From NCBI GenBank assembly GCA_040954595.2, contig JBECUI020000027.1, positions 372,001 to 436,000 on the forward strand: a stretch of DNA of 64,000 nt, in the 5' to 3' direction. A program made the translations under genes and the position numbers. The notes under the pieces are model-generated. The model was given only the letters and a program-made list of their open reading frames with translations. It was not told where the DNA came from and did no database searches. Origin of the DNA: Balanoglossus misakiensis (taxonomy: Eukaryota; Animalia; Hemichordata). Positions 1 to 10,495 of this stretch are shown here, in pieces. Position 1 is the first letter of the stretch. Each line of letters begins with the position of its first letter.

Positions 1-3000
1 GGTATAGTGATATTTGAAATCAAATTGTTAGAAAAAGCCTTAGAACCAATACTCAAGTCTGTGCTTCCTGGTGGTAAATTTACACTGGTAATAGAATTCT
101 TCTTAAAAGCTTCAGCGCCGATGCTCTTAAGATTTGTGTTTGCTGATAAATCTACAATGACAAGATCATTAGAAGAAAAAGCCTCAGGACCTATACTCCT
201 TAGATTTGTAGCCCTTGAAAAATCTGTTGTCTCAATATCATTATAGTAAAAAGCTCTTTCTCCTATGCTGGAAACACTGTCGGGGATCATGATGCTTATC
301 AAATCATTCGCTTTAAATGCGTTGTGTCCTATGGTGGTTACGCTTGCAGGTAGTGCTATACTTTCAATATAATTGACACGAAAAGCTTCGCTGCCAATGG
401 TTTCCAAAACAGTGTTTCCTGATAAATCTACACGTTTAATGTAATTGTAAGAAAAAGCCTTAGAACCTATGTTGGTTATGGTTGGAGGCAGGACAACGCT
501 GTTGAGATTCTGATTATTGAAGGCCTCGGCAGCTATGCTGGTTACCTCATAACCTATGCCACCTTTTACAACGCTGGCCGGTATGATAAGATCCGTGATT
601 TCTGCAATTCTGTTATAAGCTGAAACCTCAACGGTGTTTTGTGTGCCCTCTGTCCATGCGCCAAATCTGAAACTGGAATAAAGTCCTTCCTCTATCGTGG
701 CGTTTGTAAGGTTCACCAATGATCCGTCACTCCCCTTGTAGACAGGTTCTGCAAAATCGGAATTTTCAAATACATTGGCTTTCAATGCCGTATTGCTTGA
801 CATGAATTCTACAGAAATCAATTCTGAGTTGTCACTAAAAGCTCTATCTTCTATGAGTGCTACTGTTGCCGGCAGTACCACGCTTCTAAGATTTTTGTTG
901 GCAAAGGCCAGGGGTTCTATCGTTGAAATACTGTAGGTATTACCTAAGGTGACCCTCTCAGGAATCGTTATATCTTGAGAGGTTCCTATGTATTGGGAAA
1001 TCGTCGCTTCTGAGGCACTACCTTTCTCTTGCGGCACGCCCACATGAGGAGGAGGTGTATAGCGCTGTAAAGCTCCCAGACTGTAAACAAAATCTCCTTG
1101 CGTCAGTGATCTACCGGGAATGGTTTCATATAAGCCTTTAGGCACAGCGCGGTAGCCAAGTCCCGGTCCGTCAAAGTCTGTAAAGTGTCCTTCCAGTAGA
1201 GTCCCGTTGAATACTCCATTATTTGATGATGCTGTTCCCCATATATCTATCCATGCTTCATGGCCCTTGAATTCCACAGAACCCAACAAAGGATTCTGAG
1301 AAAACGCATTGGAGGATATTGATCGTAAACTTGAGGGTAAAACCACACTGGTAAGGTTTTTGTTACTAAATGCATGACTAGCTATATATAAGATTGGATA
1401 AGATCTGTTGTTCATAGGGGGAATGCTTTCAGGGATCGTTATATCGGTAGCATTTCCTGTATAGTCAATAATGTTTCGCGAGATCCAGGTCTTATTTAAT
1501 TCTTCGTTTCCATTGATTGGAACATAGCGTTGGAAACTGTGAAAAACATAGGTGAAATCGTCTATTGTGTGGGTTTCTTGGGGGACCAATTGATATAAGC
1601 CTGCCCGTGCTGCCCTATTATTTTGTACTGTTGACCGAAAATGAAGATGTAACTTTGTTCCTTCAAATACACCATAAAACCATTGCGAAATAACAGTACT
1701 GCCCCCCTCAAATTTCACAGAAGCCAAATTGGGATTATAAGCAAAAGCTTTGTTGGCTATAAGCGAAATGCTTGCGGGAACCACCAGGCTTACAAGACCT
1801 TTGTTGGCAAATGCGCTGTTCCCGATTACGGCTATGGTGTGGGTGCGGCCGGTTCTCCGGGTAACACTATCGGGAATGCTTAGGTCGGTATCACTTCCTA
1901 TATAGGCCGTAATCGTTGTTCTTGATCCCACCAGTTCTTCCGGAGTGCCGGAGAGAGGAGTGTAGCGTTGTTCGGCAGAACCGAAATCATAGGTATAGTC
2001 GCCTATGGTTTCCGATATGCCGGCAATATATTCATAGAGCCCCGGTAGGGCATTGGCGTTGTCAACTTTCTTAAAGTGTTCCTCCAGCAAAGTTCCCTTA
2101 AATATCCCGTTGGGATTTGCTCCCCATGCGGTAATGGCAGCATTGGCTCCTTCAAATCTCACAGAAGCCAGGAGGGCGTTATGGGCAAAGGCGCCGTCAT
2201 CAATACGGGTGATGCTGGCGGGAATCACCAGGCTTACAAGACCTTTGTTGGCAAAAACGCTGTTTCCGATGACGTCTACGTTATGGATCTGACTGTTGCT
2301 CCGGGTAACACTTGTGGGAATGGTTAAATCAATATCACTTCCCGTATACGCCGTAACGATTGTTTCTGAATTTCCTCCCTGTTCTTCCGGACTGCCGGAA
2401 TTAGGAGTGTAGCGTTGCCGGACAGAACCGAAAGCATAGGTATAGTCGCCTATGGTTTCAGATATGCCGGGAATGTATTCATAGAGTCCAGGCAAAACAT
2501 TAGCGCTGTTGACTTTCTTAAAATGGTTCTCTAACAACGTTCCCTTGAATATTCCGTTGGGATTTGCTCCCCATGCGGTAATGGCAGCATTGGCTCCTTC
2601 AAATCTCACAGACGTCAGGAGGGCGTTATTGGCAAAGGCGCCGTCATCAATACGGGTGATGCTGGCGGGAATCACCAGGCTTACAAGACCTTTGCTGGCA
2701 AAAACGCTGTCTCCGATTACGCTTACGGTGTGGATACGGCCACTACTCCGAGTAACACTCTCGGAAATCCTTAGGTCGGTATCACTTCCTGCATACGCTG
2801 TAATTGTCGTTTCTGAACCCACAAGTTCTTCTGGAATGCCGGAAATAGGAGTGTAGCGTTGCTCTGCAGAACCGAAATCATAGGTATAGTCGCCTATGGT
2901 TTCAGAGAAACCAGCAAAATATTCATAAAGCCCCGGTAAAGCATTCCCGTTGTCGACTTTCTTAAAATGGTCTTCCAACAAGGTTCCCTTAAATATCCCG

Positions 3001-5153
3001 TTGGGATCCTCTCCCCAAGAGGTAACGGCGGTATGAGATCCTTTAAATTCAACAGAGGACAGGGCAGCGTTATCGGCAAAGACGCTGGCATTGATACGCA
3101 TGATGCTGGCGGGAATCACCAGGCTTACAAGACCTTTGCTGGCAAAAACGCTGTCTCCGATTACGCCTACGGTGTGGATACGGCCGCTGCTCCGAGTAAC
3201 ACTCTCGGGAATACTTAGGTCGGTATCACTTCCTGCATACGCTGTAATTGTCGTTTCTGAACCCACAAGTTCTTCTGGAATGCCGGAAATAGGAGTGTAG
3301 CGTTGCTCTGCAGAACCGAAATCATAGGTATAGTCGCCTATGGTTTCAGAGAGACCAGCAATATATTCATAGAGCCCCGGTAAGGCATTCCCGTTGTCGA
3401 CTTTCTTAAAATGGTCTTCCAACAAGGTTCCCTTAAATATCCCATTGGGATCCTCTCCCCACGAAGTAACGGCGGTATGAGATCCTTGAAATTCAACAGA
3501 GGACAGGGCAGCGTTATCGGCAAAGGCCGCATAGCCAATGCTCGTTATGCTCCCAGGGAGCTGCACAAACGTAAGACCTTTGCCCAAAAAGGCGTTGGAA
3601 CCGATGGTGCTTACGCCGTAGCGGCTTCCTGATCCACTGACGACACTCTCAGGGATGCTTAGAATGGTCTCACTACCGAGATACTCCGCAATGCTTGCCT
3701 CTGTTCCTCCCTGTTCCTCAGGAATTCCGGAGGCAGAAGTATAACGGTGTATGGTGCCCAGATTATACCTATAATCACCTATCGTTTCAGAGACACCTTC
3801 AATGGTTTCGTATAGTCCTTGGAGAACTTTACCATTGTCCACTTTCTTAACATGTCCTTCTAACAAAGTCCCTCGAAAGATTCCGTTGGGACTCTCTCCC
3901 CATGCCGTAACAGCGGTATGAGCTCCTTTAAATTCAACAGAGGACAGGGCAGCATTATCGGCAAAGGCTGCATCGCCAATACTCGTTATACTCCCAGGAA
4001 GCTGCACAAGCGTAAGACCTCTACCAGAAAAGGCGTTGGGGCCGATGGAGCCTACTGTGTAGCGGTTTCCTGATTCACTGACAATACTCTCAGGGATGCT
4101 TAGAATGGCCTCACTACCGAGATACTCCGCAATGCTTGCTTCTGTTCCTCCCTGTTCCTCAGGAATTCCAGAAGCGGGAATATAGCGATGTATGGTGCCC
4201 AGATTATACCTATAATCACCTATCGTTTCAGAGACAGCTTCAATGGTTTCGTATAGTCCTTGGAGAACCTTGCCATTGTCCACTTTCTTAACATGTCCTT
4301 CTAACAAAGTTCCCCAAAATATCCCTTCAGGACTTCCTCCCCAGGCATTCACCAGAGCACTGGAACCTTTAAATTCAACAGAGGACAGGGCAGCATTATC
4401 AGCAAAGGCTGCATCGCCTATGCCCCTTATACCCGCAGGGAGCTGCACAAGCGTAAGATTTTTGCTGGCAAAGGCATGGGGACCGACGGCGCTTACTGTG
4501 TAGCTCCGTCCTGCTCCACTGACAACAGTCTCAGGGATGCTTAGAGCGGTTTCACTACCGAGATACTCCGCAATGCTTGCTTCTGTTCCGCCCTGTTCCT
4601 CAGGGATTCCAGAGGCGGGAATATAGCGTTGTATGGTGCCGAAGTTATAGCTATAGTCCTCTATGGTTTCCCTTAGCCCAGAAATATACTCATAAAGACC
4701 TTGACGCACTGTGCCATGCTCTACTTTCTTGAAATGTCCTTCCAGCAAAGTCCCCTGCAATATCCCTTCAGGACTTCCCCCCCAGACATTCACCGAAGCA
4801 CTGGAACCTTTAAACTCAATAGAAGACAGGGCGGGGTTAGCAGCAAAAGCTGCGTCGCCAATGTTCGTTATACTCGCAGGAAGCTCCAAATGAGTAAGAC
4901 CTTTGTTAAAAAATGCGTTCTCACTAATGCCAGTAATAGTTTTACCACTAGTCGTTCTTGACAGAATAATGAGCACAGAATCACTGCCAGTGTAATTAAC
5001 AAGTTGGACGCCTTCATTGTTGTTAGAATCTTCTTGATATATGAAATTTCCTTCATTGAATTCTGTGACCCCCACAGGATTCATACAAGAAATTATTGTT
5101 ATGGATAGTGCTGACACCAGTATTAGGCTTAACAACAAGCTGATCTTTTGCAT
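1..5153 (-). CDS. Giant BspA-type leucine-rich-repeat (LRR_5) surface lipoprotein with ~9 tandem ~147-aa modules; runs off the window start
   Basis: Not in the ORF track because it has no stop in the window. ATG at 5153 follows AAGGAG and reads MQKISLLLSLILVSALSITIISC (lipobox), then motifs such as LELPASITNIGDAAFA and LVIPASITRIDDGAFA. The frame at position 59 (DLSIGSKAFSNNLISNITI) matches the start frame. DNA repeats recur with a 441-447 bp period. Confidence 0.9.
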   Translation of the reverse strand, partial: MQKISLLLSLILVSALSITIISCMNPVGVTEFNEGNFIYQEDSNNNEGVQLVNYTGSDSVLIILSRTTSGKTITGISENAFFNKGLTHLELPASITNIGDAAFAANPALSSIEFKGSSASVNVWGGSPEGILQGTLLEGHFKKVEHGTVRQGLYEYISGLRETIEDYSYNFGTIQRYIPASGIPEEQGGTEASIAEYLGSETALSIPETVVSGAGRSYTVSAVGPHAFASKNLTLVQLPAGIRGIGDAAFADNAALSSVEFKGSSALVNAWGGSPEGIFWGTLLEGHVKKVDNGKVLQGLYETIEAVSETIGDYRYNLGTIHRYIPASGIPEEQGGTEASIAEYLGSEAILSIPESIVSESGNRYTVGSIGPNAFSGRGLTLVQLPGSITSIGDAAFADNAALSSVEFKGAHTAVTAWGESPNGIFRGTLLEGHVKKVDNGKVLQGLYETIEGVSETIGDYRYNLGTIHRYTSASGIPEEQGGTEASIAEYLGSETILSIPESVVSGSGSRYGVSTIGSNAFLGKGLTFVQLPGSITSIGYAAFADNAALSSVEFQGSHTAVTSWGEDPNGIFKGTLLEDHFKKVDNGNALPGLYEYIAGLSETIGDYTYDFGSAEQRYTPISGIPEELVGSETTITAYAGSDTDLSIPESVTRSSGRIHTVGVIGDSVFASKGLVSLVIPASIMRINASVFADNAALSSVEFKGSHTAVTSWGEDPNGIFKGTLLEDHFKKVDNGNALPGLYEYFAGFSETIGDYTYDFGSAEQRYTPISGIPEELVGSETTITAYAGSDTDLRISESVTRSSGRIHTVSVIGDSVFASKGLVSLVIPASITRIDDGAFANNALLTSVRFEGANAAITAWGANPNGIFKGTLLENHFKKVNSANVLPGLYEYIPGISETIGDYTYAFGSVRQRYTPNSGSPEEQGGNSETIVTAYTGSDIDLTIPTSVTRSNSQIHNVDVIGNSVFANKGLVSLVIPASITRIDDGAFAHNALLASVRFEGANAAITAWGANPNGIFKGTLLEEHFKKVDNANALPGLYEYIAGISETIGDYTYDFGSAEQRYTPLSGTPEELVGSRTTITAYIGSDTDLSIPDSVTRRTGRTHTIAVIGNSAFANKGLVSLVVPASISLIANKAFAYNPNLASVKFEGGSTVISQWFYGVFEGTKLHLHFRSTVQNNRAARAGLYQLVPQETHTIDDFTYVFHSFQRYVPINGNEELNKTWISRNIIDYTGNATDITIPESIPPMNNRSYPILYIASHAFSNKNLTSVVLPSSLRSISSNAFSQNPLLGSVEFKGHEAWIDIWGTASSNNGVFNGTLLEGHFTDFDGPGLGYRAVPKGLYETIPGRSLTQGDFVYSLGALQRYTPPPHVGVPQEKGSASEATISQYIGTSQDITIPERVTLGNTYSISTIEPLAFANKNLRSVVLPATVALIEDRAFSDNSELISVEFMSSNTALKANVFENSDFAEPVYKGSDGSLVNLTNATIEEGLYSSFRFGAWTEGTQNTVEVSAYNRIAEITDLIIPASVVKGGIGYEVTSIAAEAFNNQNLNSVVLPPTITNIGSKAFSYNYIKRVDLSGNTVLETIGSEAFRVNYIESIALPASVTTIGHNAFKANDLISIMIPDSVSSIGERAFYYNDIETTDFSRATNLRSIGPEAFSSNDLVIVDLSANTNLKSIGAEAFKKNSITSVNLPPGSTDLSIGSKAFSNNLISNITI
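1150..4900 (-). repeat. Intragenic tandem repeats of ~441-447 bp (about 9 units)
   Basis: GTLLEGH-like motif near 1190, 1650, 2081, 2527, 2971, 3415, 3860, 4300 and 4740; near-identical pairs such as 2690-3060 versus 3134-3504. Confidence 0.85.
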
Positions 5154-5447
5154 ATTACACTCCTTCTCTATGCCTTGATGTGATTATGAGAAAATTATTG
5201 AAAGGCAGTAACCTTTTCGGCTCAGGAATAGACTATAAATCTAACTATATAACTTTTTTTCACAAATTCAGCTATGGAGGATATCCTCGCAAAAAAAATC
5301 TCTTTATTATCGGTGTTATGCCAATGCCGTGTTTTCTTTGCTGCTCTGCCTATCTGGAGTATTCTGTTGCATTCCCGGATTAACTCACCACCTGCTTTAC
5401 TTGGAGGAACCATCAGATGAACCTCTCTTTTTTAACAAAGGAAGGTC

Positions 5448-5475
5448 TTGACAAAAGAAGAAACACCACTATAGA
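5448..5475 (+). promoter_or_regulatory. Putative sigma70 promoter upstream of the orphan ACTC tract
   Basis: TTGACA-16 nt-TATAGA; same cTTGACAAAA context as the GLUG gene promoters. Confidence 0.45.
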
Positions 5476-5528
5476 GTGGGTAAGCTTTGTAGGAAACTAT
5501 TTTTAAAAAGGCATGGAAGAAAATATGA

Positions 5529-5604
5529 ACTCACTCACTCACTCACTCACTCACTCACTCACTCACTCACTCACTCACTCACTCACTCACTCACTCACTC
5601 ACTC
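5529..5604 (+). repeat. (ACTC)19 simple sequence repeat, orphan
   Basis: Follows ATG GAA GAA AAT ATG AAC; downstream there is only a short signal-peptide-like relic (HLRTQSKSSFFLCFSPLLTIF). Confidence 0.95.
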
Positions 5605-6135
5605 ACGCGCATCTAAGAACTCAAAGCAAATCTAGCTTTTTTCTCTGCTTTTCCCCCTTACTAACAATTTTTTCTTACTCCAATTCCGGCATTGCTTTGG
5701 GCAGACTGCAAATTGCTAAGCCACAAAGACCTCAGGCATTCCTGTGCGGGTTCATTCAGAAATGAAATTGACAAACCTCCCCATCTTCCAGGGCCTCGCC
5801 TGGACATTCCCCCCTGTCAGCCACGCTCTCCTAATGAAAAACGCCATCAGCGTGACATTGTGCAGAACTGTGGACGGGGCAGATTCACAGGGTAATCTTA
5901 TTAGAGCTACGTGGAGCGTGAGGACTTATGAGCAGCTTCCCGGCATGAGTCAGTTCGGGTCCTGCCTTGGAAATCGTATGAACGATAAGAAGAATCTGCT
6001 TTTGGGACTCTCAGTTAATCCCCCAGCAAGGTTGGAGGAAGGCCGGAGATCAAGGGCAATTTCAGATTTAAGAAAGAACAGGCCCTAAGAATAGCCAGAG
6101 TTAAAAAAATGATTTTTAAATTAAGGAGATATGCA

Positions 6136-7313
6136 ATGTTTTCCATCAGACAATTTGTAACTTTTTATTTTCATTTCCAGGACAATAAGAAACAAAGAAG
6201 CAGAACCAGATACAGAGGTATTTATAAGCACCTGGCTCTTTGTTTTCTGCTTCTTCCACCCCTTCTGAGCGGGTGCCAGACAGATCCCCTTAGTAGCGAG
6301 GCCCTTATACTCCAAGTCAACAGCGATAACGAGGAACTCTTAGAAAAAGACCTTCCAAACAAAACTTTTACGATTACCTACTACTCTGGAGAAACCGCTA
6401 CAGAGGTAATACTGTCTTTCCAGTTATCTCCCAAGGCTTCTTTATTGGTGGATGGGCAAATTGTTGAGGATATAACCATGTGGCCATACCCCTGGATCTG
6501 AACACACCTAACACACAGAAAACTATTACTCTAAGGGTCAGGGCCCAAGACGGAACTATGAACGACGAGTACAGTGTTATTGTACATTACCTCTCCTTTT
6601 TCACATTTCTTACAGGAGATGAAGAGTCCCACACCCAGGCAGGTTCCCATATCCTGGCAGGTTATGCTGAATTAAACGCACCGGTTGCCAATGCAACAAT
6701 CTATGCCGTGGCCTTGCCCACCTCTGCTACGCCCCCCGACAATATGGCCGCATTGAAAGCCACCTCTCCTACCTGGCAGACCTACAGCCTAGAGAGAAAC
6801 AAAGCACAATGGATAGTTTTTTTAAACCTTAGTTCTGAAACGCAATACCATATCTACCTAGGGATAGAATATGACGGCGGAGTGTATTATGACAAAAGCC
6901 CCATTTCTATAACTACCCTTGCGCCGCCGAATAGCATATGGCGAATAGGATACGACGGTCTTATTCCTCCTAGCGCTGGAAAAGGGCGGACGATTAAGGC
7001 CTATCTTGGCCAAACCATTATTCTTCCAGGAGCTGTGGCGGATGACAGTCACAATTCACTTACAGAATGGGTGTATTCTCCGTCCTCAGATCGAATATCC
7101 TTATCAGTCGGTTACAGCATTTACACGAATACTCGGTTTGGTAATCGGGCCGAGATAATAGGAGATGAAGCAGCGTTTCCTGCAAACAGCCACAGGTATC
7201 TGTGCTTGTCTTTACCTGAACTGGAAACAGGAGATGAAGGCACTTGGCGAGTAGTAAGTATTTTGGCAACACCCCAAAATATTAATTTTGATTTGGTGAT
7301 TTTGGATAACTAG
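6136..7313 (+). CDS. Lipoprotein, divergent paralog of the array family with no ACTC tract; split by one frameshift near 6470-6480
   Basis: AAGGAG-ATG(6136) and lipobox LLSGC. ORFs 6109-6501 and 6480-7313 join. Motifs match the array family: VRAQDG~VTAEDG, NATIYAV~NATVDFYAV, KAYLGQTIILP~QAYEGQRIILP, FDLVILDN~IDLRIIER. Confidence 0.75.
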
Positions 7314-7521
7314 CATCCCTGCGCAGACTCATTAACCCTTGAAGCATGGGGAATGGATAATATCTTTGCTATGTTTGTTGACGGGAAAGTTGACTATGGC
7401 CAATACGAACATACGGCGTTACCATAGCTCCTTTTTAACGCCGACTACTGTGTTCCTTTGGGCCTGAACCTCATATACTAGGTGAAGTTCAATAGAATAA
7501 TTAACAAATAAGGAAGGCGTA

Positions 7522-8439
7522 ATGAGATATTTATTATCTTCATGTATTTTCTTAACCTTGGTTTTCGGTTCCTGTACCAGCTTCCCCGTTAAACCTACCC
7601 CGGGGGAGCAGGTGGATGTGTTCATCCCTTCGGGAGATTCCTACCTGGTCGGCACTATCACCTATCCAGAGGACCTTTCCACACCAGTGCCGGCAGTGCT
7701 TCTCCTCCCGGGCTTCACCGGAGAGCGAGATGAACTTCCTGTAACAAATACTTTTTCCTCTCAGGAAGGAGGGGCCCCTTTGGGTATGTGGGAGATGACT
7801 GCCTTGGCCTTGGCCCAGGAAGGATTCGCTTCTCTACGGATCGACTACCGCAACAGCGGTAAATCCCCAGGTAAGTGGGAGGACATCACCGTCACCGAAG
7901 AGCTGGAAGATGCCTTGGCTTCACTGAAGTGGCTCTCCAAAAACCCAGCCCTTGATAAGAACCGACTTGCCGTTTGCGGTTTGTCCCAGGGAGGTACTCT
8001 GGCATCCCTGATGAGTACCAATCCCTTGGTTCACACAGTGGTCCTCTGGTCCGCTGCTTCTGATTTCTCCTGGCTTCCCCTCGCCATTCCCCAAGAGACG
8101 ATCTCTAGGATCCAATCCGAGGGAATCCTCTCCTTCAGCCTTCCTTGGGGGGAAGAAATAACAATGAAGAAGGCCTACTTTGATTCCGTGGAGGGTCTGG
8201 ATCCTCTGGCTAACATCGCCCAGTTTTCTGGCCCCCTACTCTCCCTGGCGGGAACCCAAGATACCCTGGTGGCACCCCAGCCGGAAGTGGCCCAGCGGTT
8301 CCTTGAGGCCCACTCCGAAGGTCCTGAATCTCTGGTAGTCCTTGAGGCGGATCATACCTTTAATAATTTCACTGGCCCCGATGGAATGGAGCAGGCCATA
8401 CGCGTTACCCTGGAATGGCTTAACCAGCATCTGAAATAG
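7522..8439 (+). CDS. Alpha/beta hydrolase fold lipoprotein (serine esterase/peptidase-like)
   Basis: Lipobox FGSC, LLPGFTG, GLSQGG nucleophile elbow, GTQDTLV, EADH triad residues; AAGGAAGG RBS. Confidence 0.88.
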   Translation: MRYLLSSCIFLTLVFGSCTSFPVKPTPGEQVDVFIPSGDSYLVGTITYPEDLSTPVPAVLLLPGFTGERDELPVTNTFSSQEGGAPLGMWEMTALALAQEGFASLRIDYRNSGKSPGKWEDITVTEELEDALASLKWLSKNPALDKNRLAVCGLSQGGTLASLMSTNPLVHTVVLWSAASDFSWLPLAIPQETISRIQSEGILSFSLPWGEEITMKKAYFDSVEGLDPLANIAQFSGPLLSLAGTQDTLVAPQPEVAQRFLEAHSEGPESLVVLEADHTFNNFTGPDGMEQAIRVTLEWLNQHLK

Positions 8440-8460
8440 TTCTTTTTGAAAAACAGGCAT

Positions 8461-8490
8461 AAGACTGCTGTTGTTAACGGCAGGTCTTTT
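8461..8490 (+). terminator. Probable rho-independent terminator
   Basis: AAGACTGCTGTT-GTT-AACGGCAGGTCTT followed by a T-run, just after the hydrolase stop. Confidence 0.5.
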
Positions 8491-8759
8491 CTTGTCCTTT
8501 CTATGGCTCCCCAAACAGAGTTTTCTTAGCATGCTGTCCTAAAGCTGCTCTCCTAAAGCCAACCCCAAAATCCAGCTCCACCCCGGTGTGTGTGAAGCCA
8601 GACCAATGTAGATTCAAACAATTGCTTACAGCATTACAGCCCTGCCCTCCACGAGATAGCATGTGGATAAAATCTACCCCGTCGGCGAGGCTTTCAAACT
8701 GGTTTTTTTCTACAGAAGACCATTTCTCCCCCTTAGCAAATAGAGATAACACCCCCCCC

Positions 8760-8788
8760 TTGATAAAATCCAGATAAGGAGATAGACT
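8760..8788 (+). promoter_or_regulatory. Sigma70-like promoter repeated in front of each array gene
   Basis: TTGATA-17 nt-TAGACT preceded by a poly-C run of variable length. Equivalent motif in units 2-9, with a 1-nt shorter spacer in degenerate unit 8. Confidence 0.65.
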
Positions 8789-8856
8789 GGAAAACAGATG
8801 CAAATCTAGTAAACTAAAGCCTTGTAAGAGGCTATTTTTAAGGAGGCATACCAAAG

Positions 8857-10049
8857 ATGATTAGCAATTTAAGGAAACTCACTCACTCACTCACTCACTC
8901 ACTCACTCACTCACTCACTCACTCACTCACTCACCAACTCTTGCGCGTTAGGACTTCAAAGAAAGCCTAATTCCCTTCGCCGTTTTTCCCCGTTAAAAGC
9001 AATACTTTTCTGTTTAATCCCAGCACTTTTCCTGACAAGCTGCGGCCCCACCGGTCCAAGTCGAGAAACCCTCATAACAACTTTGACCATCAACGGCCTG
9101 GAGGGAGCGGCAACAGTTGATGAAACCAAAGCCGTTTTTTCTTTTGATAAACTCGATCCCAGTATGATAAGCACCTTTGACCTCAGAGTATCCCCCGGGG
9201 CCCACGGTTACCCATGCCGACGGTACCGCTCTGACAGCTGAGAATCTTGTTCTTGGCGAGGAGTTCCCCGTGCTCGTTACCGCAGAGGATGGACTTACTA
9301 CCCAAACCTACACCCTATTAATTACCGGAGATATTTTCATTACCAACAAATACAGCAACGGCTACTATGTCTGGTTTGACCTAACCTTACATCAAAACGC
9401 TACGGTGGATTTCTACGCTGTAGAAGAAGGAACAACCCTGCCCAGCGCCGTTTCCGTGGCGGCCATGACTGACACCGATGGCGACCAAGCCGTCGACGGT
9501 CAACACTTCAGAGATGACTTGGTTGCCGGGGAACCCCACCGGATTGTTCTCTACAACCTGGACACTTCCAAAAACTACGATATTGGCAGCTATTTCAGTG
9601 ATGCTAAGTATCCCGGCTCTCACGCCGCTGTATTGACACAGATGACTACAGCCGCAGAACCCAGCACCACGGGCAAGGTGGTTTGGCAGGCTTACGAAGG
9701 GCAGCGAATCATTCTGCCGCCTGCAAGGTTGTTGTCAAATAACGATATACCTGCTGGAACAACCGAAACTCAGTCTCTTGCCACACGAAAAACTACAGCA
9801 GAGGGAGAGGAAGTCATCTACAGAAGTATATATGTACTCACTCCAAATTCATATTTCAATGGCGCTGATCACAAGCTAGCTATTCATCAGACTATAGAGG
9901 TTATTATTGATTCTATGGGACATTATTTCATAAATTTTACAGATGTTATGAAATCACAAGAAGGCATATATTGGTTTCGATGGACGTCAGAAGACCAGGG
10001 TACCGATTCCCCCGATGACTATATTGATTTACGCATCATAGAAAGGTAG
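8857..10049 (+). CDS. Phase-variable lipoprotein, array unit 1 ((ACTC)14 at 8877-8932, OFF; extra +1 C near 9201)
   Basis: AAGGAGG-ATG ATT AGC AAT TTA AGG AAA, then the tract, then TNSCALGLQRKPNSLRRFSPLKAILFCLIPALFLTSC lipobox in a shifted frame. GGGGCCCACGG here versus GGGGCCACGG in the other copies. Confidence 0.85.
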
Positions 10050-10495
10050 TCTTTGTCTCAGCAGGGGATGTGCCGTTCTCATGCTGGGACGGCTGCCAAG
10101 AATGCCATGGAGAAAAGAAAGACTCCCGTTGGGGCCAAAATGATGACTTTTCAGTAACTTCCAGGCCTAAGCAGTCCCTCGGAGACTAGAGGGAGTCAAA
10201 ACGATAAGAAGAATCTGCTTACTCCCCACCCCTGAAGGCCCTAGGGCAGGCTTTCTGGGGAGTGCCCGCTCCCAGATGCCTTAAAAACCTTAGCCAGCAC
10301 CCTAATTCCCTATGGCTACTACGCTTTTTCTCAAGTTACTGACCAAAGAACAGACCATTTCTCCCCTTACCAAACAATAAAGAGATAATACCCCCCCCTT
10401 GATAAAATCCAGATAAGGAGATAGACTGGAAAACAGATGCAAATCTAGTAAACTAAAGCCTTGTAAGAGGCTATTTTTAAGGAGGCATACCAAAG

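Noticed and set aside
7-4961. Short plus-strand ORFs in the first 5 kb
   Set aside because: Antisense shadows of the giant minus-strand LRR gene; they recur with its repeat period.
8501-8854. Minus-strand ORF MVCLLKNSLL... repeated at 10302 and 25106
   Set aside because: Antisense to the repeated promoter region; lengths are inconsistent among copies and there is no recognisable motif.
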